From Corallochytrium limacisporum Hawaii (Eukaryota > Protista > Pluriformea), in contig PDIP01000017.1 of assembly GCA_002811645.1 (NCBI GenBank), positions 1 to 64,000 of the forward strand: DNA of 64,000 nucleotides, in the 5' to 3' direction. Numbering within the stretch: position 1 is the stretch's first letter; each line of letters opens with the position of its first letter. Positions 25,818 to 37,540 of this stretch are shown here, one piece after another. The position numbers were made by a program, and so were the translations under genes. Under the pieces are notes generated by a model. The model saw nothing but the letters and a program-made list of their open reading frames with translations. It ran no database searches and was not told the DNA's origin.

Positions 25818-26912
25818 TCAACACACACAGTTTGCAAGGGTAATGATGTCGCCGAAGACACCCATGGCAGTGACTGCGGCACCGGCACCAGCACCCTGAA
25901 TGATGAGGGGATTGGGGTATCGCTCGGTTGTGAAGGAGACGACGTTGTCCGATCCCGTCATGTTTGCGAACGGGTGGCTGATGTCATACTCACGGAGCTC
26001 GACGCTGGATCCACCATTGGGTTTGACGACACCAACGTAGCGAAGCACCTTCCCATTGGCAAAGGCCTTCGCGTTCAAGTCCGTGAAGTAAGCATCAAAC
26101 TCCGGCAACTTCTCCAGGAATTCATCGGCAGTTGGCACTCCCTGCAGCTCTTTAGGCACGATGTTCTGCACCGGCAGACTATCCAGACTGTCGTTAATTC
26201 CCGAAACGCGAGACAAGATGGTCACCTTGCGAGCGACGTCCATACCGTTCAGGTCATCACGAGGATCGGGTTCAGTATATCCTGCTGCTTTGGCTCCCTT
26301 GACGACTTCGCTGAATGGGGTGGCGATGGGTCCTGTCTTGGGGCTGAAGGTATTGAACAAGTATGCCAAAGTACCGCTAAAAATGCCCTCAATTTGGGTG
26401 ATCTTATCACCAGTGCGCATGAGAACCTTCAGAGGTTCAATAATCGGCAGACCCGCGCCAACGGTAGCCTCATGGAAGACAAAGACCTTGTTATCAGCCT
26501 GCAGTTTGTACAGCGTTTGGAAGACACCCAGGTCGCTGCTGAAAGCCTTCTTGTTCGGAGTGACCACGTTAATTCCCTGAGACATCCAGTCCACGTACTT
26601 GGAAGCGATAAATTCGTTACTGGTGCAATCGACCAGAGCAACACGGGTAGGCACGTTGGCTTCCCTCACTAAAGACTCGACAAATTTGTCCATGTTGACG
26701 TCGTCACCGCCTGCTAGGAGCTCCTTCCAGTTGGGCAGGTTACTAGTAGAGCTCGCAGCTGGCCAGACAGCCATTTTCTTAGAGTTGCACACGCCGCCAA
26801 CAACGATAGAAGCATTGATCTGCTCCCTGAGAACAGGTATGCGCGTAAACAGCTGCTCGATCAGCTCACCGCCGACGAGGCCAGGGCCAATGATTCCAAG
26901 AACAAGAGACAT
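25818..26912 (-). CDS. HOM6: Monofunctional homoserine dehydrogenase (fungal Hom6-like). Probable start at 26912; an upstream in-frame ATG at 26987 is possible
   Basis: Rossmann GIIGPGLVG, VDCTS, TPNKKAFSSDL, HEATVGAGLPII, IEGIFSGTL, GYTEPDPRDDLNGMDVARK, IIQGAGAGAAVTA. No aspartokinase or ACT domain. Confidence 0.95.
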   Translation of the reverse strand: MSLVLGIIGPGLVGGELIEQLFTRIPVLREQINASIVVGGVCNSKKMAVWPAASSTSNLPNWKELLAGGDDVNMDKFVESLVREANVPTRVALVDCTSNEFIASKYVDWMSQGINVVTPNKKAFSSDLGVFQTLYKLQADNKVFVFHEATVGAGLPIIEPLKVLMRTGDKITQIEGIFSGTLAYLFNTFSPKTGPIATPFSEVVKGAKAAGYTEPDPRDDLNGMDVARKVTILSRVSGINDSLDSLPVQNIVPKELQGVPTADEFLEKLPEFDAYFTDLNAKAFANGKVLRYVGVVKPNGGSSVELREYDISHPFANMTGSDNVVSFTTERYPNPLIIQGAGAGAAVTAMGVFGDIITLANCVC

Positions 26913-29394
26913 GTCTATTGTATAATCGTAAACTGGAGAGGAATTGAATGTTTTCCGTATACGTGATTCTGCTTTCATGACCTTCATGCTTCATCTCAAT
27001 TAGCTTTCGACGCTGATACCTTCTGTCCAGTCACGATTTAGCCCGACTTGATCTCCACCGCGGACTTTCCACATGGGGCTCTTACGACACACCGGCACCT
27101 TTGGTTCCAAGCTTCATCGAAGTAGTTCACAACTCTGACTGCTACCATTTTTCAGTACTTGGAGTACTGTGTTTATTCTCAACCGCAGACGGGGCCGGGG
27201 CCCCTCCGGTAATTGTGACTTCAGACAGTCCGAACGACTGCGACGATACATTCACTATGCCGACAAAAGACAAAACAGTGGCTCTTTTTGCTATCCTTCA
27301 CTTTCTCCTAAACTCTCTCCCATCAAGAGATCTCCCATCTTTGATTTCCAATGAAGTAATCTAAAGACTTTATTCCTTATTTTAATGGCTTTACCTCAAT
27401 ATATTTTATACACAAATCAAAAATTGATTATATTATATAAAAACAGGAAATGATTTTGATGATTCACTAAAGTTACAACAGAGAAATACCGCTCTGAGAG
27501 CCGCCTATCCGTCCCCGCTTTCCTTCTACAAAAGCAAAAACAACACGGGTTGGAGCTCCGGGTCCCCTTCCACTGTGGGCGCGAAAGTACACAACCCCCC
27601 TTTACCCCCCCCCGCGGCGGGGGGAGGGGAACGGCAGCACCCCGGGTGAGGGACTATACTCCCACCGAAGGAAACGGTCGGCCGCCAGGGGTACCGTCGT
27701 AAACGTATTCGAGACATACAGGTTCGGGCCCATATGCCTGTTCTTCTCCCAATATTGTACCCATAGGCACAGTAACACTTACCGCAAAGGAGGCAGCCAG
27801 CCTTCCGTTCGCCACCCAGTGGGTGTGAGAGAGTTTTTGGGTCGGGAAGATAGATAGAGGGAGTCCAGACGCGCGGTTAATCCAAATAAAAAAATTAAAA
27901 AAAAAAAAGAAAAGGAAAAGAACCTCCATCCCCAAGAGGGAGCGTGCACTAGGCAGCGCTGGTATCTCGTGCGCTACGGTAGTTTAGTCCCTTTGCGTCA
28001 CACTACTGCCGCTCTCGCAGTCTTCCACGTCCACGTCCCAGTGACAGCCTACCCATAGCTGGTCAACAAAGTCGAGGGTACCTAATGTACCGAATACTGC
28101 TACGATGAAGGGAAAGGGAGTTGGAAAAAGAATTCGGGCCCGCGATGCAGGAAGCATCATCACACAATTGTGCCGGGCACGATTGGCTTCGGAACCGAAA
28201 GGGACGCATTAAAATAGACTCCCATTTTACCAGTAGTAAATATACCAGAATTGGACGTCAGTGCCACTTGGGAATTGTTCTCGGTGTTGTTGGGAGGAGT
28301 AAGCAGTGGGCAGTGTATTGGTTTCATTTCAGGAACACCCCTAATCTTCCGTTATTACAGTACATTTTGTATTTATTTAGAGAAGTCCAAGTTTTGGAAA
28401 TTGGAGAAGGAGATGTAGAGAGGGAGGAAGACCCTGCAGGTGTGGGTGACCGAACACCCGATGAATCGGGGCAGGTCGCAGGTTCACTGTGGTACTTTGA
28501 GTATCAGTGGCAGGCAACGATAATGGTCAACGCGAAGACGAAGCACTGGGATTCAGGGAGGGAGGGGAGGGATGGGAGCTAGGCAAGAGAGGAGCGAGAG
28601 GGGAGCGGGAAAGACCGAAAAAAAAAAAAGGAGCGCAGCACCCAAAAAAAAAAAAAAGAGGGAAAAAAAGGAAAACTAACAAGCTCCAGAGGGGGAACGG
28701 ACAAGCCTGAGGTACACCGGAGAGCATGAGGTGGAAGGGGCCTGAGATCAGTACTGAATGTACCACATTTAGAAATTGTGTCCACAGTGACTTCGTAAGT
28801 CTCCTCGGCATTGGTGAGACTTGCGAGGGACACCACCCCCTTCTCGCCCCCCCCCCCGGGAGAAGCGAGGGGGGAGAAGGGCAAGGGGAGGGCCGGAGCA
28901 CCAGAGCCTAGGGCAGGCACAAGGGTGGCCCCGAGTGCTCGGACGGTCTGACCAGTCGGGAGTCTCCGTGTGTCAGTGAGTCCTTGAGTTCCAGAAAGTG
29001 ATGTCTTGGTCTTCAAAAAGGGGGTTTTGCAACGTACTGTTTTTGTAGGACACGGTCATGGTGGCTAGTGGAATTTGGTATGTTGTTTAATGTTAGTTTG
29101 GCCTGGAACTTCTGCTTGGGATTGCTTTAATCTTGTAATTTACCGTAAGAGTGGGGAAATTTAGGGCAGTAGGACAAACTCGCAGGCGGGCTACTTCAGG
29201 GACAACACATCTCGCCACCACAGGGTAAATTTATTCTGTATTATCAAGGTCTTTAGTCTCAGACTACTATAAATTGTTGTTCAGTCCAAGACCTCGGGAC
29301 CCGAGACTAGGAGACCGAACTCGAGTGAAAACTCCTGTTTCGGATTCACAAACACAGAATAACTTGAGGGGATTTGACGCTGCCTGTTGCAGGC

Positions 29395-32300
29395 ATGTCA
29401 GGAGAGCCCCCAGCAGAGGGGTCTAACCCCACAGCCGACCCTGGTAACGCCAACCAGGAAAGCAATCAAAATGACAGTACCAATGTCCAGCAGCCTCCAC
29501 CAGTAAAAGCAGAGCCTGAAGGACAGGCCCCTGGGCTTCCTCCCGCAGAGACCGCCAATTCCACCGGACCTACCCAGGGACAGGAAAATGCTGAAAATCA
29601 GGGAACTAATCAAGCAAATACAGGTGCACCAGAAAAGCAGGAGACTAGCGTTCAGGGACAGAGCGTGGGTGGCCAGGAACCTCCCAGTGGAGAACACGGA
29701 GCTGCCCAACCGCCTCATGGTGGCCAGGAGAGCGCCGGTTCAGCTCCCGTTGAGGAAACCAAAGCGGCTGTCGTGAACGGTGCAACTGCTGAAGCGCAAC
29801 AGCCACCACAGGGGGCCAGTCAGCCTCCACCTCCACCTCAGGGCCCACCTGCGCCTCACCAGCACGGACCTCCACCTCCGCCTCAGGGAGGTCCTCCGCC
29901 CCCCGCCCATGGGGCCATGCCTCCGCAGCACCCCCCACCACCGCAGCACTACCAGCAGCTGCCACCACAGCATCATCCTCCACCACCTCAACACCCTAGC
30001 GAGCATCCACCGCCTCCACCGGCTGGTCCTCCCCAGGACCATCCACAGGGACCTCCTCCTCCGCAGCATCCACCGCCCCCACCACAGGGTGGTCCGTCCC
30101 CGAAGGGACAGTCTCAGCCATCGACAGGTCCTCCTAGTGGAGCGCCGCCTATGAATGCAGCCCCTGCACCACCCGGGCCCAATGGAGCCCCCCCGGGACC
30201 GCCTGCTGCGCAAGGTCAGGGCAAGGGTGCAGTCCAGCGCCTGAAGGTCGAGGACGCTCTCGGATACCTTGACCGTGTCAAGATGCAGTTCGAAAACCAA
30301 CCTCATGTGTACAATCAGTTCTTGGATACCATGAAGGAATTCAAGAGTCAGGCAATTGACACTCCCGGTGTTATTCGTCGGGTATCCACTTTGTTCGAAG
30401 GTCACCCAGAACTTATCACTGGTTTCAACACATTCTTGCCACCGGGTTTCCAAATTGACCCTTCCACGGTTCCCGGGCATCCTGCCAATCGCACTGGTAC
30501 TACCACGGTCGGAACTATTGATGAGAATGGCGAACGGAACAAGCCATTGCCGGGTCCGCCTCCGACTACCTATGAGGCGCCACCTCCGGGCCAGGCTGGC
30601 TATGCACCCCCACCCCCTACCGGTGGACCTCCTCCGCCTCCCACGGCGCAACAGAATGCTTCTGGTCCGCCACCTCCTCAGCCCTCGGGACCGGCTCCGG
30701 GTGCCGCACCTGCTGCGCCGGCAAATGCTGCTGCTGCGAGCCAGCCCTCTAGCCAGCCAGCCTCTGGTGGCGCCAGCGGAGCCCCTCGTCAGCGCGCTCC
30801 CGTGGAGTTTAACCAGGCAATCAATTACGTGTCCAAGATTAAGACGCGCTTCTCTCAACACCCAGAGATCTACAAGAATTTCCTGGAAATACTGCACACC
30901 TACCAGAAGGAACAGACCTCCATCAAGGATGTGTACAATCAGGTTGCACAACTCTTCAATCGACACCAGGACTTGCTAGAGGAGTTCAGTCAGTTCTTGC
31001 CCGACGCAGCTCCCCATCACGCCGCTGCTATGGCGGCTGCTGGTCAGCGTGCTGCTGGAGCAGCCGCTGCAGCGGGAGCGCCTCGTGCTGGTGGAGCTGA
31101 CGGTTACCAGATGGCACCTCAGGGAGCTCCCCCGGGACCTCCGACAGGCGGCGCCCCAATGTTGCCACCTAAAGACGGATCCTTGCCTCCTCACATGGCA
31201 TCCCAGGTTGGTTACGGAATGCCTTCTGGAAGCGCCTCCAAACCGGGAGCACGAAGAGCGGACGGTCCTGACTCTTCGGCAAAGAAGATACGTATTGAAG
31301 ACAAGGAGAGTCTACTGGACCCGAGCCGTATCGCGGACAACTACGAGATCTATTTGTACTTCGAGAAAGTCAAGCATGCGCTGGCCAACAGGGTTGCCTA
31401 TGATAACTTCTTGAAGATTCTCAATTTGTACAACCGCAGCGTCATTAACTCCAACGAGCTCGTGCAATTGGCTTCGGGATTCCTTGGTAAATTCCCAGAC
31501 CTCTTCCGATACCTGAAGCACATCCTTGGATTTACTGATCAGCAACAGCCTGAAGTTCCTCGGCTGCCCAGTGTTGTCCAAGACTCGTATCACGAGATTG
31601 ACTACTCGACTTGCAAGCGCTTCGGAGTCAGCTATCGTGCTCTTCCGAAGAATCACACGCCTCCGAGCTGCAGTGGCAGGACGGAACTGTGTGACGAGGT
31701 TCTGAATGACACTTTGGTGAGTTTCCCAACCTACAGTGATGAACAAACTTTCCTTGCGAGCAGAAAGAACGTCTACGAAGAAGCCATGTACAAGTGCGAG
31801 GATGAGCGCTACGAGTTGGAGATGGTGATTGAGACCAACATGTCCACCATCCGTGTGCTGGAGGCTGTCAACTACAAGATTCAGCGCAGCAGTGCTGAGG
31901 ATGCAGTGAAAATGCGTCTGGATAAGAACCTGGGAGGTATTTCAGAGATTATCTATCACAAGTCCATTGAGCGACTGTATGGTGACAAGACCCCTGAGGT
32001 CATCGATATGCTGCGCCGCAATCCTGCGGGTGCGGTCCCGATTGTTCTGAAGCGTCTGAAGCAGAAGGACGAGGAATGGCGCAAGGCCCAGCGGGAGTGG
32101 AACAAGTACTGGCGGGACGTTGTTGAACGGAACTTCCTTAAGTCCCTGGACCACCAAGGAATTATCTTCAAGGGCAACGACAAGAAGTCTACCAGCGCGA
32201 AGGGTCTTGTCGCAGAGATTGAAACTTTGCTGCAGGAGGAGAAGGATCGGTCTTCCGATCTTGCTGACCGTCTGCCACAGTACAAGCGGGATCCTTTGCT

Positions 32301-34176
32301 TAAGTTTGAGCTCAAGGATGCTGAATTCGCGAAGGAAGTCCTGGAGATCATCCGCTACTACGTTGCGTGCACAATGAGCACTGCCGATGCGCGGACTATC
32401 TATGATCAGATGAACTACATGCTCAAGGAGTTCTTCATGATCGATGCCTCTAAGTACGAGTTCAAGGACGATCACCTGATTGCGACGGACGAGGAGGATG
32501 AGGCTGAGACCAATGCAGAGGCAGAGAACAAGGACGAACAGGCGGTCCCGGATGCAGATGAGGAGAAACCGGCTGTCGACGCAGCTGAACCCTCCGCTGA
32601 TGAGCTAAAGAAGGCTCAGAGTGCGGATGACATGGACGTCGTTGTAGATGAGGATGCGACTGGCCATGGTGAAAAGACGGCCGCTGCTGTCGCAAAGAGC
32701 CACCTCCGTCCTGTGCAAGTGATTCAGACTGCAGACGACGCCGACCTAGTTGTGAAGGGTGTGGACGACTCGAACAAGCAGAGTGTCTTCTATGGTAACT
32801 CTCACTGGTTCCTAACTTTCCGCCTCTTCCAGATCATCTATGAGCGTCACTACACGATCAAGACGACCGCCAATGATATCGAGAAGGATGCTAAGGAAGG
32901 TGCTGAGCATAACAAGAACTTTGAACTGGGATCTCAGGTAAACCTTGCCATGCGTCTTGGTTTTAAGAGGCAGTCTCAGGACATGAAGAAGGGCCTGTTC
33001 AACCAGTACAAGGACCTGCTAAAGAATTTGATTGCCAGCGACAACAAGTCCGAGGATCATTCGTACTTTGAGGACGCCATGCGTGAGTTGATGGGTATCA
33101 AGGCTTACATCAGCTTTACCATGGACCGTCTGCTGCAGTCTTTTGTGCGCCAGCTAAGCAACACTATGAACGACAACCTTAGTAATAAGCTCATGGATCT
33201 GTATCTGTACGACAAGCAGAAGGGCATGCGCAACAATGCAACCGAGCAGGCATACCAGTGCAACGTCGAAGCCTGCATTGGCGATGACAATGTTTACCGC
33301 ATTGCCATTGAAAAGACCTCAGACGCGGAGCGCGTGATTGCCTTCCGAATCTCAAATCCGGACTTCCAGTGCCAAGCCCCTGATGTTTCTATCAGTGACC
33401 GCTGGCACATGTACATGGATCGCTTCCTGACCACTCAGCCCACTCCCGAGGACCTAAAGGCCATGGCCAAGCACTATGTCTGGCTCGAGCGTGTACGCCG
33501 CAAGGTTGAGAAGTCTGGCAACAAGAAGCGCACAGAGGCCATGCAGAGTCACAATGGTTTGGAGGTAAAGATCTGTTGCAATACCTACAAAATGTTCTTC
33601 GTGGAGGGCACCTACGACTCGCAGTTTGTGCCCGGATGCCTCGGCCGCTCACAGGCCACTTTCAAGGATGGTGTTAGCAAACGCAACAAGAAGTTCATGA
33701 GTGTACTCTCCAAACTCAGTGACGTTGACGAAGACGCTCGTGACGAGTACCGCAAGCTCATGAAGGGAGAGGAAGGCACCACCGAGGCCAAGGTGGAGAC
33801 TGATGCCTACGGACGGTCATTTGTTCGGTACGTACTGATTGAAAAGGACATTACCGCGAAGGCCACTGAGGACACGGAAGTCCCGGAAGGCGACAGTAAA
33901 GCCGAAGAGCCCGCTGCCGAGACTGCTGAGCCTGAAGAAGAAGGTGAGGAGGCCAAAGCCGAGGATGAAGCAACGGAACCTGCTGCTGCTCCCGCCAAGG
34001 ACAAGGAGACCAAGGGCGATGACGGTGATGGTGATGGTGCAGGCGAAGGTGAAGACGAAGCAGAAGCAGGAGCCGATGCCGAAGCAAAGGGTGAAGCGGA
34101 GGCCGAGGCCGAAGGTGATGCTGAAACCGACGCCAAAGACGGCGAAGCCGAGGGTGACGCCATGAAGACGGATTGA
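29395..34176 (+). CDS. SIN3: Sin3 paired amphipathic helix co-repressor (HDAC complex scaffold). First ATG at 29395; the ORF track starts at TTG 29374
   Basis: PAH1 (LKVEDALGYLDRVK...GFNTFLPPG), PAH2 (VEFNQAINYVSKIKTRF), PAH3 (FEKVKHAL...FLKILNLY), HDAC-interaction domain (SYRALPK..CSGRTELCDEVLND, EDERYELE), Sin3_C (FYGNSHWFLTFRLFQIIYER). Pro/Gln-rich N-terminus and acidic C-terminus. Confidence 0.97.
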   Translation: MSGEPPAEGSNPTADPGNANQESNQNDSTNVQQPPPVKAEPEGQAPGLPPAETANSTGPTQGQENAENQGTNQANTGAPEKQETSVQGQSVGGQEPPSGEHGAAQPPHGGQESAGSAPVEETKAAVVNGATAEAQQPPQGASQPPPPPQGPPAPHQHGPPPPPQGGPPPPAHGAMPPQHPPPPQHYQQLPPQHHPPPPQHPSEHPPPPPAGPPQDHPQGPPPPQHPPPPPQGGPSPKGQSQPSTGPPSGAPPMNAAPAPPGPNGAPPGPPAAQGQGKGAVQRLKVEDALGYLDRVKMQFENQPHVYNQFLDTMKEFKSQAIDTPGVIRRVSTLFEGHPELITGFNTFLPPGFQIDPSTVPGHPANRTGTTTVGTIDENGERNKPLPGPPPTTYEAPPPGQAGYAPPPPTGGPPPPPTAQQNASGPPPPQPSGPAPGAAPAAPANAAAASQPSSQPASGGASGAPRQRAPVEFNQAINYVSKIKTRFSQHPEIYKNFLEILHTYQKEQTSIKDVYNQVAQLFNRHQDLLEEFSQFLPDAAPHHAAAMAAAGQRAAGAAAAAGAPRAGGADGYQMAPQGAPPGPPTGGAPMLPPKDGSLPPHMASQVGYGMPSGSASKPGARRADGPDSSAKKIRIEDKESLLDPSRIADNYEIYLYFEKVKHALANRVAYDNFLKILNLYNRSVINSNELVQLASGFLGKFPDLFRYLKHILGFTDQQQPEVPRLPSVVQDSYHEIDYSTCKRFGVSYRALPKNHTPPSCSGRTELCDEVLNDTLVSFPTYSDEQTFLASRKNVYEEAMYKCEDERYELEMVIETNMSTIRVLEAVNYKIQRSSAEDAVKMRLDKNLGGISEIIYHKSIERLYGDKTPEVIDMLRRNPAGAVPIVLKRLKQKDEEWRKAQREWNKYWRDVVERNFLKSLDHQGIIFKGNDKKSTSAKGLVAEIETLLQEEKDRSSDLADRLPQYKRDPLLKFELKDAEFAKEVLEIIRYYVACTMSTADARTIYDQMNYMLKEFFMIDASKYEFKDDHLIATDEEDEAETNAEAENKDEQAVPDADEEKPAVDAAEPSADELKKAQSADDMDVVVDEDATGHGEKTAAAVAKSHLRPVQVIQTADDADLVVKGVDDSNKQSVFYGNSHWFLTFRLFQIIYERHYTIKTTANDIEKDAKEGAEHNKNFELGSQVNLAMRLGFKRQSQDMKKGLFNQYKDLLKNLIASDNKSEDHSYFEDAMRELMGIKAYISFTMDRLLQSFVRQLSNTMNDNLSNKLMDLYLYDKQKGMRNNATEQAYQCNVEACIGDDNVYRIAIEKTSDAERVIAFRISNPDFQCQAPDVSISDRWHMYMDRFLTTQPTPEDLKAMAKHYVWLERVRRKVEKSGNKKRTEAMQSHNGLEVKICCNTYKMFFVEGTYDSQFVPGCLGRSQATFKDGVSKRNKKFMSVLSKLSDVDEDARDEYRKLMKGEEGTTEAKVETDAYGRSFVRYVLIEKDITAKATEDTEVPEGDSKAEEPAAETAEPEEEGEEAKAEDEATEPAAAPAKDKETKGDDGDGDGAGEGEDEAEAGADAEAKGEAEAEAEGDAETDAKDGEAEGDAMKTD

Positions 34177-35406
34177 GGAAAGTTGCCGTACTTATACCGG
34201 GACTAACCGCATGAGGCCGGGACACGAATACACAAGCGGAGAAAAGTGTCCGACGCCTTTCCCTTTTTTCATGCTATGACAGTGTAACATAGTTAGGTTT
34301 ACCTATACATCCATCACACCTACCTGACAGTTCATCAATGCCTAACAAAAACCATAACTTCCCAAACCCAAGAAAACGCAAATAACATTTCTACCACTAT
34401 TTAATTTTCTTACTTCTTTCACTATTCTGAACCATCCACTCACAGCGGGACCGGGCAAAGCCGGGGGAGAGATCCCAGAACTGCGCGGGCACTAACGAAC
34501 AGACACAGCAAGCCGGGTAAAAACACCAGTGGTTGTGCTTTGCGCGGCGCATACGTGTACATACATAACACAACCACACATCCGTCCCGTTCATGTGTTT
34601 GGATGTTGTGGGTGGTGGGTTGTGCCCCCCCAGGCCCCCCCCCCCCCGGGAGGGGGATGGTCACGCCTGTCTGGTACCAGCACCGCATGCGCTTGTGTTC
34701 CCACCAAACTTTCTTTCTGCCCCTTTGCCCGTTTCACCTCCCCTTCTGTGTCCCCACTTCCGCCCCTCTATTTTCTTTTCGCTTTTTTGTTTTTTTTTTT
34801 TGTTGTGATTGGGCCGTCGCCCTCTCTCTCTATTTCCTTTTTTTTTTACCTTCTATTTTTTTGTTTTTGTTTTGTTTCTCTCGCTCTCTCTCGCTCTCTC
34901 TCTCCGTCTCCCTTTCCAAAGTGCGATCGGTGTGCCGCCTTACGGCCGGCGAAGGGGGTGGGGAGAGCAGCACGGCACAAGGGCCAAGTCCCCCCCCCGG
35001 GGGGGGGGGCCTCCGCGGAGGGGAAGACAAGGGGGGCCCATGGGCTCTTGGACGGTCCATACGTAATCGAAGTAGGGAGAGAGATCCCGCATTCGATCGT
35101 GGCGTTTAGGTGCGTTCCGATTGGCGATGTGGAACATCGCTGGACGCTGTTGTGAAGGCAATGGGACAATATTGAGTGTGTAGGAAATGTTATTTTTTGG
35201 TGCGGTATTTCAAAGTGCAATCAGCTTATGCGATATCTCTTGCATGTGCTCCCTCGTGGACTGAGAGGAGATATTGTGACTACCGGATACACACAGACCT
35301 AGAGCATGCGACACTTATAATAACGGTCCTTTGTGACAATAGTAGTCTTTAGTAGAAAAAGGATCTGTAAGATAAAGTAAGAAACCGAAACTAGCAAGAT
35401 AAAACC

Positions 35407-37371
35407 ATGAATAGGCACGGATATCGCCTGGTCGCTCGGGCACCCGGGGTGGCCCGGTCTCGACCTGCCGCCCGCTCGGTCTGTTTGCACCAGAAGCAGC
35501 GGCGTCAAATGGCCACCACCAAATCCCCATCATCTGGATCAGCCGTCTGGCGTTTCTTAGGAATGATTCAATTAGTTGGCGTTGCCATCTATGCCGGTGG
35601 GGCCTACCAGAGTCGAAGTGACAAAGAATTCAGGAAGAATTTTGAGGACACGCTTCCCTACGCCAAGGAGCTAAACAACCTCGTCTCGAGCCAGTTGGGA
35701 GATCCAGTTTACCGGGAGCCCGCGAAACGGATCAAACCTGCGGTGCCAGCAAAGAAGCCCGAGACACCAAAGACTCCAGTGGTACCAAAGAAGTCTGACA
35801 AGAAAGACGAGCCGAAGAAGATCGAGAAGGCGTCCACGGGAGCACCAGCAAAAATGGAGACTCCCAAGGGGAAGGAGTCCAAGGTAGAAACGTCCAAAGT
35901 AGAAACGTCCAAGGTAGAAACGTCCAAGAAAGAAGAGACTCAAAAGGCTGATTCTCAGGCTCCGGCTAAGAAACCAGGTGCGGACGTCGAAAAGCCGGGC
36001 GAGGCGAAGAAGTCTGCAGAACCGAAAGAGTCTGCAGAACCGGCCAAGCAGGCTGCCGCTGCCACTGCCGGCACTGCTGCTGTGGCTGCGGGTCCCAAAA
36101 CCGAAGAGCCTGTCAAAGACGCCAAGGATGAGAAGATTGACGCGGAGCTGGCTAAAGTAGGACGCTCGGGCGTCAAGACTTCTGAGATGCCCACAGAGGA
36201 ACAGAAGAAAGAGGACATACCCCTGAAGAAAGAAGAGGCTAAGGAAGCGGCACCGCCCGCTGCCGCTGGCGGCGATGATGGTAAGAAGGGACCTGATGAT
36301 GGTGAGGAGGCCCAGGAAAAGAGTGGCAAGAGGAAACGCAGTCGTGCGGAGATTGCTGCCGAGAAAGCTGCCATTGAGGAGGCCTTGAAGCATCAAGAGT
36401 TCGAATTCAAGAATCGTTTGGACGAAGCTCTTCTGAAACGTGACCAGGAATGGCAGGAAAAACTCAAAACCGAAGCTGCGGCGGTCAAGGAACGGTATGA
36501 GGAGCTCATGACTGAGGAGATCAGCGCTGTAGAGAGTGCGGCAGCCCACGATCTGAAGCGCACCATAAAACGCCTCCAACAGCTGCATGACCTGGAGCTC
36601 CGGGAGAAACTCAAACAGTTGGAGAGCGCTCTGAAGGATCTTTGGGAAGGCGAGATTGACAAGCGCCTCGTGACAGAGCGTGAGGATACTATTATGCGCA
36701 TGAAGGGTCTTTTTGCTAAGGTTGAATTGCTGGAGGCTCTGCTACAGCGTGCTGTGTCCGTTCATGCCGGCCAAAAGGATACACGCCAACTTATCCTTGC
36801 TTCCCAGGGACTACGTATGGCCATTGACAATGGACAGCCCCTGAACGCTTACATAGACATTCTCCGGGCAGCCACTGACAAGACAGTTGACCCCTTGCTG
36901 GTCGAGGCGCTGGATGCCCAGGAGAATCGTCACGCCCAGGGCGTGTCGAGCTTTGAAGAGCTGCGTGTGCGCTTCCGGGACATTAAACGCGAGTGCCGTC
37001 ACGCGGCTCTGATGGGACCGCAGGGTGGTCTGTTTTCGTACCTGCTCGGCCGTGCAGCCGCGTTCATCTCCTTTGAGAATGATCCAGCACAGCTGACAGA
37101 GGGCGCCAAGTCTGCTCTGCCTGCCTCCAGTAGTCAGATGATTAGTGCCACCCAGGCCAATGGTATCCTTGCCCGCACCGAAGCACACTTGGAAGCCAAC
37201 GATCTGGAAATGGCGGTGCGTGAGCTCAATCGTCTGCAGGGATACCCTAAACGACTGGCCCGTGACTGGCTGAACGCTGCACGGGCGCGCCTGGAGGTCC
37301 AGGATCTCATCAAGGTTGTCGACTCGTCTGCTGCTATGCGTTTGTGCACTGAAAAGAATGTCACTGAGTGA
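35407..37371 (+). CDS. MIC60: MICOS subunit Mic60 / mitofilin, 654 aa
   Basis: Arg-rich, acid-free presequence, one hydrophobic helix (FLGMIQLVGVAIYAGG), coiled coil, and C-terminal mitofilin domain ILARTEAHLEANDLEMAVRELNRLQGYPKRLARDWLNAARARLEV. Confidence 0.93.
   Translation: MNRHGYRLVARAPGVARSRPAARSVCLHQKQRRQMATTKSPSSGSAVWRFLGMIQLVGVAIYAGGAYQSRSDKEFRKNFEDTLPYAKELNNLVSSQLGDPVYREPAKRIKPAVPAKKPETPKTPVVPKKSDKKDEPKKIEKASTGAPAKMETPKGKESKVETSKVETSKVETSKKEETQKADSQAPAKKPGADVEKPGEAKKSAEPKESAEPAKQAAAATAGTAAVAAGPKTEEPVKDAKDEKIDAELAKVGRSGVKTSEMPTEEQKKEDIPLKKEEAKEAAPPAAAGGDDGKKGPDDGEEAQEKSGKRKRSRAEIAAEKAAIEEALKHQEFEFKNRLDEALLKRDQEWQEKLKTEAAAVKERYEELMTEEISAVESAAAHDLKRTIKRLQQLHDLELREKLKQLESALKDLWEGEIDKRLVTEREDTIMRMKGLFAKVELLEALLQRAVSVHAGQKDTRQLILASQGLRMAIDNGQPLNAYIDILRAATDKTVDPLLVEALDAQENRHAQGVSSFEELRVRFRDIKRECRHAALMGPQGGLFSYLLGRAAAFISFENDPAQLTEGAKSALPASSSQMISATQANGILARTEAHLEANDLEMAVRELNRLQGYPKRLARDWLNAARARLEVQDLIKVVDSSAAMRLCTEKNVTE
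35878..35927 (+). repeat. In-frame 15-bp tandem repeat (SKVET x3) in Mic60
   Basis: tccaaRgtagaaacg repeated three times plus a partial unit. Confidence 0.85.
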
Positions 37372-37427
37372 GCACAACAAAACCATCAAATGTCACTGAA
37401 TGAGCACAACGAAACCATCAAATGTCA
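37357..37427 (+). repeat. 32-bp tandem duplication (2 copies + partial) overlapping the Mic60 stop codon
   Basis: aatgtcactgaRtgagcacaacRaaaccatca at 37357-37388 and 37389-37420, then aatgtca. Confidence 0.9.
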
Positions 37428-37540
37428 TCATACACCAACGTCACACATACAATACAAATTCCATTCAAATTGAACTGCATAAACATGATTTTAACGGGCC
37501 TATTCCGTTTATATACTTTTTGTGACCGGATGTGGACGAA

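Noticed and set aside
25818-25832. C-terminal CVC on homoserine dehydrogenase as a CxC prenylation signal
   Set aside because: CxC geranylgeranylation needs Rab/REP recognition, so this is likely coincidental.
29370-29394. Possible 3' splice acceptor (ttgac...tgttgcag) just before the Sin3 ATG
   Set aside because: No confidently paired donor and no other intron evidence in the window; cannot be supported without RNA data.
29740-30966. 408-aa antisense ORF within Sin3 (and similar ones in SNRK, Mic60, HSD)
   Set aside because: Shadow frames of GC-rich or low-complexity coding sequence.
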